Source of the DNA: Planctomycetota bacterium
GTDB lineage: Bacteria; Planctomycetota; B15-G4; SIAN01
Direction of reading: 5' to 3'
Length of the DNA: 64,000 nt
NCBI GenBank assembly: GCA_031409275.1
Contig: JANNXA010000051.1
Span: 128,001 to 192,000, forward strand
Part shown: in pieces, positions 43,979-52,278 of the stretch
Layout of the letters: the number at the start of each line of letters is the position of its first letter
Numbering within the stretch: position 1 is the first letter of the stretch
Translations under genes and position numbers: made by a program
The notes under the pieces: model-generated
What the model was told of the DNA's origin: nothing
What the model saw: the letters and a program-made list of their open reading frames with translations, nothing else
The model's database searches: none

Positions 43979-45906
43979 CGGAGCCCTCGATGTCCGATCG
44001 CCGCCAGGATCAGCGCGGCGGCGTGCTGATCGTCGCCCTGATCGCGATGGTGCTCGCCGTTTCGCTCGCCTTCGCCGCCACGACGTTGTCGACCTCGCGG
44101 CGCAGCGCAGTCGCCCGCGACGAACGCGATCTGCAGGCGCGCGCCACCGCCGAGGCGGGCGTCCAGCGCGTCATGGCCTGGGCGCAGGAACTGGCGGCGC
44201 TCGACCCGGCACGGCCCTTCGCCGCGATCGATGCACTGGCCGGTCGGACCGCGCTCGATGGGACGCCGATCCCGTTCGTCCTCGCGGACGGCGAGCTGCT
44301 GACCGGTGCCGCTCGCAGCTACGGCGCCCTCACCGTCTCGCTCACGGCGCGCGCCAACGGCGACGCTCGCGATCTGCGCATCACGGCGACCGGCCACGTG
44401 CCGGACGTGAATGCGCCGCTCGCCAAAGCGACCGCCCACGCGATCGTGCGGCTCGCGCCGCGCCCGGCGCCAGGCTTCGAATACGCCTACTTCGTGAACC
44501 ACTGGGCGTGGCTCTACAGCAGTCGCATCAACGTCTACGGCAACGCGGGCAGCAACGGGCAGTTCGACGCGGGTGACCGCGCCCCCGGCCTGTTCGGCAA
44601 TCCTCGCTACCGCTCCGTCTCGCGAGCGGACCCGGCCCATCCCGACCTGGTCGGTTACCTCGACGACAACCACGACGGCGTGACCGACGGCAGCGACGGC
44701 GGCATCTACTCGGCGTGGGACATCGTCGGCTCCGACAGCGTGCGCGGCATGGGCGGCAACACCGCGAACCAGCACGCGTTCGGGGCGCCGCTCGCGATGC
44801 CGCAGCTCGCCGACCTCAGCGTGCGCGAAAGCGACGCGCTGGCCACGGGCGCCAACGTCTCGCTGTCGGGCGGCTACGACGCGAGCGGAAACCCGCTGCC
44901 GCCCATCGAGCTCGCCGACGCGGTGCTTGGCGACGAGCCCGGCGAGCAGCAGAACCTCGTGCTGATCGGCACCGCCAACCAACCGATCGTGCTGAACGGA
45001 CCGATCGTCGTGCGCGGCGACGTCATCATCAAGGGCGTCGTGACCGGCAAGGGAGCGATCTACGCGGGCGGCAACATCTACGTCGCCGACAACGTCACCT
45101 ACGCCAACCCGCCGAGCCAGTGGCAGCCGGCCAGCATGAGCGAAGCGGACCTCGAGGCATGGCTCGCGGCCGAACGCCAGCGCGACTTCTGCGGGCTGTT
45201 CGCTCGCGAGAACGTCGTGATGGGAGACTTCACCAACGCGACGTGGCGCACCTGGGTCGACAAGTGGCTCGCGGATCCGGGCAACGCGTCCGCGGAGGAC
45301 GCGGGCCTCGACGGAATTCCGGGCACGCTGCTCGGCCGCGACGGCATCGCCGGCACCGCCGATGACGACGTGCTCGAAGGCGACGGCACCTGGACCGTCG
45401 ATCACTACACGCAGGCGCATGCAGATGCCGGCATCCTGCCGCCAGGGAAGGTGGTCGGCGACCCGATCCCGGCTTCCGGCGAGGACATCGATGCCGACGG
45501 GGTGCAGGACGGAGCGATCACGCTCAACGACTTCGACCTTCCCGCGACGCTCGACAGCGGCGCATGGGCGGGCAACCTCCCGCCCGGGACGACTCAGTTC
45601 AAGCAGCTCTCGACCGTCGGCCTCACCACCATCGAAGCGACCGTTGCCACCAGCCACGCCGCCGCGATGGCGAGCCTCGCCTCTCGCAACGAGTTCAATC
45701 TGCGCGGCTCCCTGGTGTCGCGCGTGGAGGCGATGGTCTCGTCCACCACCAAGTTGAACTTCACGTTTGACCTCCGGCTGCTCGGCGGCGGGCTCCATCC
45801 CGAACTCCTGCCACCGGTCCTTGCACCGCCTCAGATCGTCGCCTGGCAATGGAGCGGCGAGGATCTGCACCAGCTGCTTGCAGCCGCGGGCGGAGCGACT
45901 CCATGA
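43975..45906 (+). CDS. Large PilX/GspK-like minor pilin with extended C-terminal domain
   Basis: QRG|GVLIVALIAMV (no Glu5), QARATAEAGV, LRITATG, FEYAYF; acidic Ca-binding-like loops. Confidence 0.7.
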   Translation: MTEPSMSDRRQDQRGGVLIVALIAMVLAVSLAFAATTLSTSRRSAVARDERDLQARATAEAGVQRVMAWAQELAALDPARPFAAIDALAGRTALDGTPIPFVLADGELLTGAARSYGALTVSLTARANGDARDLRITATGHVPDVNAPLAKATAHAIVRLAPRPAPGFEYAYFVNHWAWLYSSRINVYGNAGSNGQFDAGDRAPGLFGNPRYRSVSRADPAHPDLVGYLDDNHDGVTDGSDGGIYSAWDIVGSDSVRGMGGNTANQHAFGAPLAMPQLADLSVRESDALATGANVSLSGGYDASGNPLPPIELADAVLGDEPGEQQNLVLIGTANQPIVLNGPIVVRGDVIIKGVVTGKGAIYAGGNIYVADNVTYANPPSQWQPASMSEADLEAWLAAERQRDFCGLFARENVVMGDFTNATWRTWVDKWLADPGNASAEDAGLDGIPGTLLGRDGIAGTADDDVLEGDGTWTVDHYTQAHADAGILPPGKVVGDPIPASGEDIDADGVQDGAITLNDFDLPATLDSGAWAGNLPPGTTQFKQLSTVGLTTIEATVATSHAAAMASLASRNEFNLRGSLVSRVEAMVSSTTKLNFTFDLRLLGGGLHPELLPPVLAPPQIVAWQWSGEDLHQLLAAAGGATP

Positions 45907-46391
45907 GCGCCCGTCTCATCACTCGAAGCGTCGGCGCGCTGCTGCTGGCGCTGGCGACGGGTCAGGCTGCGCGCGGCGGACAGCAGGAACCAGCGGCCGC
46001 CACGCAGGAGCGGCAGCTGGGAGAACGGCAGCGCGAGTTGTCGGGGCACCACTCCCTCTCCGGACTCGGTCGGCGCGGACCCGAGCGACTCGCGCCGGAA
46101 GCGACGCAGATCGACCCGGCCACGGCGCGCGCTCAAGCGCTGGCGTTGTACGAGAACCGCGGCATCGCTGTTGCCGCCGCCGCGGCGCTGCGCGCGGCGC
46201 CGACGCCGGCGTCCACGCCGACCCGAATCGCGACGGTGCCGATCGATCCGCCCACGCTCGGCTACGCGATGATCGCGCTGCTCGCGTTGTGCGGGCTGTT
46301 CTTCCGGACGCGCCGACACCGGGTGCGGGTGGTCGTCACCAGCGCGTTCGACCGCGTCAGCGAGGCGCCGAGCGGACGCGCCCTGCGCTGA
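45903..46391 (+). CDS. Hypothetical protein with signal peptide and C-terminal TM anchor
   Basis: ATGA overlap with the PilX-like gene; N-terminal signal; VPIDPPTLGYAMIALLALCGLFFRTRR. Confidence 0.5.
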   Translation: MSARLITRSVGALLLALATGQAARGGQQEPAAATQERQLGERQRELSGHHSLSGLGRRGPERLAPEATQIDPATARAQALALYENRGIAVAAAAALRAAPTPASTPTRIATVPIDPPTLGYAMIALLALCGLFFRTRRHRVRVVVTSAFDRVSEAPSGRALR

Positions 46392-47421
46392 CGATCGCCT
46401 GAGCCTCTTCGTCGGCGGCGCGAGCCGTCGGAATGCCCTGACGCTTGGCCCTCTCGAAGACTGCCGCCAGCGACGAGCCGATGCCGCGAACGCGCTCCTC
46501 GGCCCGCTTGGCGTCGTATCCGGAGGCCGACAGCTCGACGCTGATGTTGAGGATCCCGCCGGCGTTCACGACGTAGTCCGGCGCGTAGAGGATTCCCCGA
46601 CGTAGCAGTTCCGCGCCGTGCCGATCCTCGGCGAGCTGGTTGTTCGCAGCTCCGCAGACGATCTTCGCCTTGAGCTGCGGCAGGGTGCGATCGTTCAGCA
46701 CGGCACCGAGCGCGCACGGTGCGAAGAGGTCGCAATCGACCGCGAAGATCGCGTCCTGCGCGACCGCCTTCGCCTTGAACTCGCGCACGACCCGCTCGAC
46801 GCGGGACGGCTCGAGGTCGGTGACGATCAGCTCGGCGCCCGCTTCGTGGAGCTGCTTGGCCAGCCAGTAGCCGACATGGCCGAGCCCTTGGATGGCGACT
46901 CGCTTGCCGCGCACGCTGCGCGATCCTGTGAGGTGCTCGAAGCAGGTCTCGATGGAGACGAGCGTCCCGAGCGCCGTGAACGGCGACGGATCTCCCGAGC
47001 CGCCGACTTCGCGAGCGCGGCCAGTGACATGCTTGGTCTCGCGCGCAATCACGTCGAGATCGAGCACGCTGGTGCCGACATCCTCGGCGGTGATGTAGGT
47101 GCCGTGGAAGGTCTCGATGAAGCGACCCATCCAGGAGAGCAGCGCGTCGCTCTTGTCCTTCTTCGAGTCGCCGAGCAGCACCGCTTTGCCGCCGCCGAGT
47201 CCGGTGCGAGCGACCGCAGACTTGAACGTCATCCCGCGCGCGAGCCGCAGCACGTCGGTCAGCGCGTCATCGGGCGACCCGTACTTCCACATCCGCAGGC
47301 CACCGAGCGCGGGACCGAGCGTCGTGTCGTGGACCGCGATGATCGCGCACCAGCCCTGATCGGGCTCCTCGGCGCGCGCGACTTTTTCGTATCCGGCGAC
47401 GGGGAGCTCGACGATCTTCAT
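46357..47421 (-). CDS. Leu/Phe/Val dehydrogenase
   Basis: IIAVHDTTLGPALGG.RM, GMTFK, GGGKAV, YITAEDVGT, SGDPSPFTA.G, QGLGHVG, GAANNQL, YAPDYVVNAGG. Confidence 0.93.
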   Translation of the reverse strand: MKIVELPVAGYEKVARAEEPDQGWCAIIAVHDTTLGPALGGLRMWKYGSPDDALTDVLRLARGMTFKSAVARTGLGGGKAVLLGDSKKDKSDALLSWMGRFIETFHGTYITAEDVGTSVLDLDVIARETKHVTGRAREVGGSGDPSPFTALGTLVSIETCFEHLTGSRSVRGKRVAIQGLGHVGYWLAKQLHEAGAELIVTDLEPSRVERVVREFKAKAVAQDAIFAVDCDLFAPCALGAVLNDRTLPQLKAKIVCGAANNQLAEDRHGAELLRRGILYAPDYVVNAGGILNISVELSASGYDAKRAEERVRGIGSSLAAVFERAKRQGIPTARAADEEAQAIVSAGRVRSAPR

Positions 47422-47536
47422 GGCGGTTCCAGCGGTAACTTGGGGCGCGCTGCCTGACGACGGCCCAGGAAACGCGAGACCTTAGTAGGTCTGCGAATGG
47501 GTCGCAAGGCGGCCGCCCACGCGCGAGAACCGAAGC

Positions 47537-49291
47537 TTGGAACCGAGCGCCTCCCCACACCTCGTCGACCCGGATGCCGGTCAACTGCTGGCGTCCGAAC
47601 GCACGCTGCTCGATCGGCTGGCGGCCGTCGCGGCCGAGGTCGACCCGCGCGGCGCCGACGAAGAGACGGCGCGCATGCTCCGCGCCCACCTCGAGGAGCG
47701 ATTCCTCCTGGTCGTCGTCGGCGAGGTGAAGGCGGGCAAGTCGAGCTTCCTGAACGCGCTGCTCGGTCGCGATCTATGCGCGGTCGGCCCGACCCCGCTC
47801 ACCGATCGCATCTGCGTCCTCCAATGGGGAGCGACGCCCGCCGAGCGAGTGGTGGAAGAGTTCCTGGTCGAGCGCGACGTCGACGCCGAACTGCTGCGCG
47901 AGGTTTCGCTGGTCGACACCCCCGGCACCAACTCGATCCTGCGCCAGCACTCGACGCTGACCGAGCGTTTCATCCCGCGCGCCGACCTCGTGCTCTTCCT
48001 GACTTCGATCGATCGGCCCTACAGCGAGTCGGAGAACCACTTCCTGGCCTTGATCGCCGATCGTTGGCGCAAGAAGGTGGTGTTCCTGCTCACCAAGATC
48101 GACGGTCGCGATGCCACGGACATCGACGCCGTCGTCGCGTGGATCCGACGAAGCGTGCTCGAACATCACGGATTCGAGCCGATCGTCCTCCCCATTTCGG
48201 CGCGGCTCGAACAGCAAGGGCGCGACGGCGGGCTGCGCGCGGTACGCGAGTTCGTCCGCTCGACGCTGGCGGCGGGCGAGAAGATGAAGCTCAAGCTCGA
48301 GAGCCCGGCGCGCACGGCGCAGGCGTTGATCGAGTCCTTGCGCGCCACGCTCGAATCGCGTTCCGCGACGCTCGATCACGACTTCCGAGCGGTGCAGGAT
48401 CTTGAGGCGCAGGTCGAGCAGGCGGTCCTCGACCTGAAGGAGCGCAGCCACCGCTTCCTCACCGAGATGAACGAACTGTTCGTCGCATGCGAAGGGCGCG
48501 CCGAGGAGTTCTTCGACCGCCACGCTCGCCTCAAGGCGCTCGCGTTCGGCAAAGGCGAGGCCCCCCTGCGCGATCGATTCGAGCGCGAGGTCCTGGCGGA
48601 ACTCGACGCGAAGTACCGCGATGCAAGCCAGCGGGCGACCGACTGGATCACGCGCGAGGAGGTCGCGCTCTACGAGCGAAGCACGCGTTTCGTCCACGAG
48701 CGACTCGCGCAACTCGATCAGAGTCGGACGCTGCGCAACGAACCGGCGCGCTTCGAGTACCGCCGCGACCAGCTCTTCTCCGGGATCGCCGAAGCGTTCA
48801 AAGCGGAGACGCTCGCGCTCGATCTGCCGGGTGAATCGCGCCGCTTCCTGGAGAGCGCGGAGAGCGGCATGAAGCATCAGCTCGCACTCACCGGCGGCGC
48901 GGTGGTGGTAGGCGCCGGCAGCCTCGCGCTACTGACGAAGCTCTCCTCGCTCTGGTGGAACGCGGCCGGGTTGCTGCTCGCGCTCGGGCTCGGGTTGACC
49001 GGACTCGCGGTGCTTCCGGCGGTGCGGCGTCGCGCGGTCCGTCAGTTCCGCACGCGCCTCCAGGCCCTGCGCGAGCAGGTGCAGGCTGGTTATCTGCGAG
49101 CCATCGGCGACGAGATCGACGGCGCTCGCGACCGGCTCCGGCGCGCGTGGGAGCCGTTCCTGCTGTTCCATCGATCGGAAGCGAGCAGCGCCGAACTGCG
49201 CCGACGCGAACTCGTCGAACTGGCGCGTGGATTCGCAGAACTGCGCGCAGCGGTGACTCGCATCGGAAGCGGGCGCGTCAGCGATCACTGA
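47537..49291 (+). CDS. Bacterial dynamin-like GTPase
   Basis: G1 GEVKAGKS, G2 PTPLT, G3 DTPG, G4 TKID; helical stalk; paired TM helices near the C-terminus. Confidence 0.88.
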   Translation: MEPSASPHLVDPDAGQLLASERTLLDRLAAVAAEVDPRGADEETARMLRAHLEERFLLVVVGEVKAGKSSFLNALLGRDLCAVGPTPLTDRICVLQWGATPAERVVEEFLVERDVDAELLREVSLVDTPGTNSILRQHSTLTERFIPRADLVLFLTSIDRPYSESENHFLALIADRWRKKVVFLLTKIDGRDATDIDAVVAWIRRSVLEHHGFEPIVLPISARLEQQGRDGGLRAVREFVRSTLAAGEKMKLKLESPARTAQALIESLRATLESRSATLDHDFRAVQDLEAQVEQAVLDLKERSHRFLTEMNELFVACEGRAEEFFDRHARLKALAFGKGEAPLRDRFEREVLAELDAKYRDASQRATDWITREEVALYERSTRFVHERLAQLDQSRTLRNEPARFEYRRDQLFSGIAEAFKAETLALDLPGESRRFLESAESGMKHQLALTGGAVVVGAGSLALLTKLSSLWWNAAGLLLALGLGLTGLAVLPAVRRRAVRQFRTRLQALREQVQAGYLRAIGDEIDGARDRLRRAWEPFLLFHRSEASSAELRRRELVELARGFAELRAAVTRIGSGRVSDH

Positions 49292-49475
49292 TCGGACGCC
49301 GTCTTTTGCTCCGAATCGCCGATTCTCTTGAAAACGACGTGAGCGGTCGCTAATTCGGCGCGATCTTTCGGCCCAAAGACCTCGATTGGCGGGGCTCTTC
49401 GGCAGACGCTGGAAGGATTTTGGGGACTGGTGCTCGCTCTACGGCGCACACGTCCCGACGTGTTGGAGGGGATCC

Positions 49476-49682
49476 ATGGCGAAGAAGGCGAAGGCGAAGA
49501 AGGGCGGTCGCGACTCCCTCGTTGTCACCAGCAAGGTCAAGGGATTCGTCCGCGCTTGCAAGATGATCTGCGCTGGCGACCTCGCCCAGGCAGTCGACGG
49601 CAAGGTCCGCGAGATGCTCTCGGCGGCCGCGAAGCGTGCTGCGGCCAACAAGCGCAGCACCGTGCGCCCGCAGGACCTGTAA
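49476..49682 (+). CDS. Bacterial histone-fold protein (68 aa) with lysine-rich N-terminal tail
   Basis: RBS GGAGGGG; MAKKAKAKKGGRDSLVVTSKVKGFV...AGD....V...V.EML..AAKRAAANKRSTVRPQDL; C-terminal R-x-T-V-x-x-x-D histone-fold signature; strongly biased codons. Confidence 0.85.
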   Translation: MAKKAKAKKGGRDSLVVTSKVKGFVRACKMICAGDLAQAVDGKVREMLSAAAKRAAANKRSTVRPQDL

Positions 49683-49703
49683 GCCGCCGACGAGCGGCGC
49701 CGT

Positions 49704-49743
49704 CGACCTGGATCCTCTCTTCTCGGAGGGGGGGTCCAGGTCG
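49704..49743 (+). terminator. Strong hairpin just downstream of the histone gene
   Basis: CGACCTGGATCCTCTCTTC...GAGGGGGGGTCCAGGTCG inverted repeat; no strong U-tract. Confidence 0.55.
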
Positions 49744-49772
49744 CGTGCTTTCCAGGCTCGAGGAGCCGAGTG

Positions 49773-50606
49773 ATGCGCAGTCTGCATGCGATCACGGTCG
49801 CGACCGCGATGGTTGCGTTCGGCGACGCGCCACTTTCTCAGCCGCCGCCAGCACACGTCGACCTGCCTCTGGGCGAGATCTCGTGCGATCGCGTCGCGAT
49901 CCAGTCGCCGCTGCGCCGCGATGCCACCGAAGACGAACGACTCGCGCCCAACCACTGCCTCGTCCGGCTCTTCTCGTTTCCGAGCCTCGCCCCCCTCGAC
50001 CTGCCGCTCGAATCGGTCGAACTGCGTGGCGCCGTGGGAGGCCGTCGCGTCGGCTCCGGCGAGTACCTCTTCGAACAGATCCCGATCAGTTACACCTCGG
50101 TGGCAGTGCATCGGCTCGCGAGCGAGCCCGCCGTCGATCCGCCAATCCAGCAACCCTCGACGCGACCGGGACGGCGGCGTCCGGAACCGATCGCCAGTCG
50201 CAATCCGCTCGTGCTCGCGCGCCACGCAACGACTCTCTGCGACCTTTACGTCGCGGAGTCGATGCCGCCGGAGGCGACCGTCGACCTGCACGGAATCGTG
50301 ATCGATCGCCTGACGGCGAAACCGATCGAGGGCGCGACCGTCCGCTGCGGCGATGGAGCGAGCGCGGTCATCGCGACGACCGGCGCCGATGGCCACTATC
50401 GGTTTCCGGCGCCCCTGCCGTGGAACCTCGTGCTCGACGGCACGCTCGTCGAGAAGCCCGATTTCAATCCATCTGGAATCAGTCGCCAGCGACTGCTTTC
50501 CATCTGGGTGGATCGATTCCATCACGACGGCGTGGCCGCGTTCGTGCTGTTTCCCGCGGATCGAGCCAGGCTCCGCTCGCCGCTGCTGCCGGCACTGACC
50601 AGGTGA
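49773..50606 (+). CDS. Hypothetical secreted protein with a carboxypeptidase-regulatory-like domain
   Basis: GAGGAG RBS; signal-like N-terminus; LHGIVID..T.KPIEGATV...ATTGADGHYRF. Confidence 0.5.
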   Translation: MRSLHAITVATAMVAFGDAPLSQPPPAHVDLPLGEISCDRVAIQSPLRRDATEDERLAPNHCLVRLFSFPSLAPLDLPLESVELRGAVGGRRVGSGEYLFEQIPISYTSVAVHRLASEPAVDPPIQQPSTRPGRRRPEPIASRNPLVLARHATTLCDLYVAESMPPEATVDLHGIVIDRLTAKPIEGATVRCGDGASAVIATTGADGHYRFPAPLPWNLVLDGTLVEKPDFNPSGISRQRLLSIWVDRFHHDGVAAFVLFPADRARLRSPLLPALTR

Positions 50607-50613
50607 ATCAACG

Positions 50614-51027
50614 ATGCCTCCCAACAGCTCCGCGCCGGTGAGCGATCCGATCGCGGCGTTCCTCGCCGGAGCGTCGTTCGCCGTGGTCGGGGCGAGCAAC
50701 CACCCCGCGAAGTTCGGCGGCAAGGTCTTCGCCGCCTATCGACGCCACGGGCGGCGCGTCTTCGCGGTCAACCCGCGAGAAACCGAAGTGCTCGGAGCGC
50801 CCTGCTATCGATCGCTGGCGGAGATCCCGGAAGCCGTCCACGGAGTGTCGATCGTGACGCCGCCGGCGGTCACCGAACGAATCGTGGAGGAGGCCGCGGC
50901 GGCTGGGGCTCGATGGGTCTGGATGCAGCCCGGCGCCGAAAGCTCGACAGCGATCCAGCGTGCGCGGGATCTTGGCCTCGGCGTGATCGCGAACGGACCG
51001 TGCCTGTTGATCGAGATCGACGCCTGA
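50614..51027 (+). CDS. CoA-binding protein (YccU-like)
   Basis: FAVVGAS.HP.KFG, AVNP, YRSL.EIP, WMQPGAES, GPCL. Confidence 0.9.
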   Translation: MPPNSSAPVSDPIAAFLAGASFAVVGASNHPAKFGGKVFAAYRRHGRRVFAVNPRETEVLGAPCYRSLAEIPEAVHGVSIVTPPAVTERIVEEAAAAGARWVWMQPGAESSTAIQRARDLGLGVIANGPCLLIEIDA

Positions 51028-51130
51028 AACGAAAGCGGGCGGATGACTCGTCTCCGAGTCACCCGCCCGATCGACCGCGAACCGCAGCGAACCGTCGCTC
51101 AGAACGAACAACGATCGCGGCGCAGGCGCA

Positions 51131-51640
51131 TCACTTCTTCAGCTGGTAGAGCCCGCGTCCGGCCTTCTTCACGTCGCTCATCTCGCTCAGACGCTGACCG
51201 ACGATCACGGCGAACTTCGAGCTACCGGTCTGGTAGCCAGCCTCGATCACCTTTGCAGCGACATCCGCGAGCTTGACTGGCTCGCTCGAGCCCGCAAGCA
51301 CGGTTCGAATCATGTTCTGGAGCCCGCCCTCGCCGCGCGGACCGCGCTTGCCCTTGCGGCCGCCACGCTTCGCGGGCACTGCAGCCGCACTCGGAGCGCC
51401 GACGGCGCTGACGACTTTCCGCGGACGCCCCGGACCACGCTTCACGCCCAAGCGGAGCGCCCGTCCATCGCCCATCGAAGCGGCAATCGCCGAATCGATG
51501 GTGTCGAGGGTCGACTGAATTTCGGCTCGTCTCGCCTGTAGCGCCTCGACTTCAGCAGCCTTCTCGTCAAACAGTCGCTTCAGGTCAGCGAGCGAAAACC
51601 CCGTGTTGGCACTCGGCACGCTCTTCTTGCGACGACCCAT
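51131..51640 (-). CDS. Putative nucleoid-associated DNA-binding protein (coiled coil + AT-hook + winged helix)
   Basis: AGGAG RBS; N-terminal heptads; KRGPGRPRK; basic linker KRGGRKGKRGPR; C-terminal LQNMIRTVL..S.EPV...DVA.KV...GY...GRGLYQL. Confidence 0.65.
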   Translation of the reverse strand: MGRRKKSVPSANTGFSLADLKRLFDEKAAEVEALQARRAEIQSTLDTIDSAIAASMGDGRALRLGVKRGPGRPRKVVSAVGAPSAAAVPAKRGGRKGKRGPRGEGGLQNMIRTVLAGSSEPVKLADVAAKVIEAGYQTGSSKFAVIVGQRLSEMSDVKKAGRGLYQLKK

Positions 51641-51817
51641 TCATTTCTCCTGGCCCCTGGTTTGATTGCGCCGAGCCTGCGAATGACCACCCGTGCGCGA
51701 ATCGCGCCGACCGGGTCGCTTCACAGAACCGACTACCGCGCATAGGCAAAGCGCGCCACCACTCACTCGACACACATCACGAGAATGGTGGTACATACGA
51801 TCCACATACGGCCATGA

Positions 51818-51826
51818 AGTATAGCA
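51818..51826 (-). promoter_or_regulatory. Extended -10 promoter element upstream of the putative NAP gene
   Basis: Minus strand TGCTATACT (TGnTATAAT-like) in a locally AT-richer stretch. Confidence 0.5.
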
Positions 51827-52278
51827 TCCGGATCACCCCAGAAATACAGCTGCGATCAAACGCGGCCAATATGCCCGCATCGATCGGGAGCTCATGACTG
51901 CTCCGCGGAATGTCGTTCGCCGCCGATTCCACGTGATTGTGGCGCGTGTGAACGCACTCGGGCTCGGTTGGCGGGCTGGGCGTTGATGTCGGGTTCATGG
52001 CAACCGACAACTCCACCGGAACCGCACATCGACCGAAGTGAAGCAGAGCCGCCGGCGTCCTATCACGCACCCCCGCAAAAATGCGGCGCTGCACCGCGCT
52101 GGATTGTCCACCCGATTGCGCGACTGATTCACGCCCCCTGCTGAGTTTCGGCCCTGCGACTCCGCACTGCGCCTCGAACAGGAGCTTCATCCCCTGGGTG
52201 CTGGGGACCGACATCGTCGGAATGGCGTCCGACTCCGATCCAAAACCGCATCCCGTGCCGCGACGCAGGGAACGTGAA

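Noticed and set aside
49328..49356. TTGAAA-N17-TAATTC as the histone promoter
   Set aside because: Plausible, but the -10 lacks the conserved final T; too weak to list as a feature without TSS data
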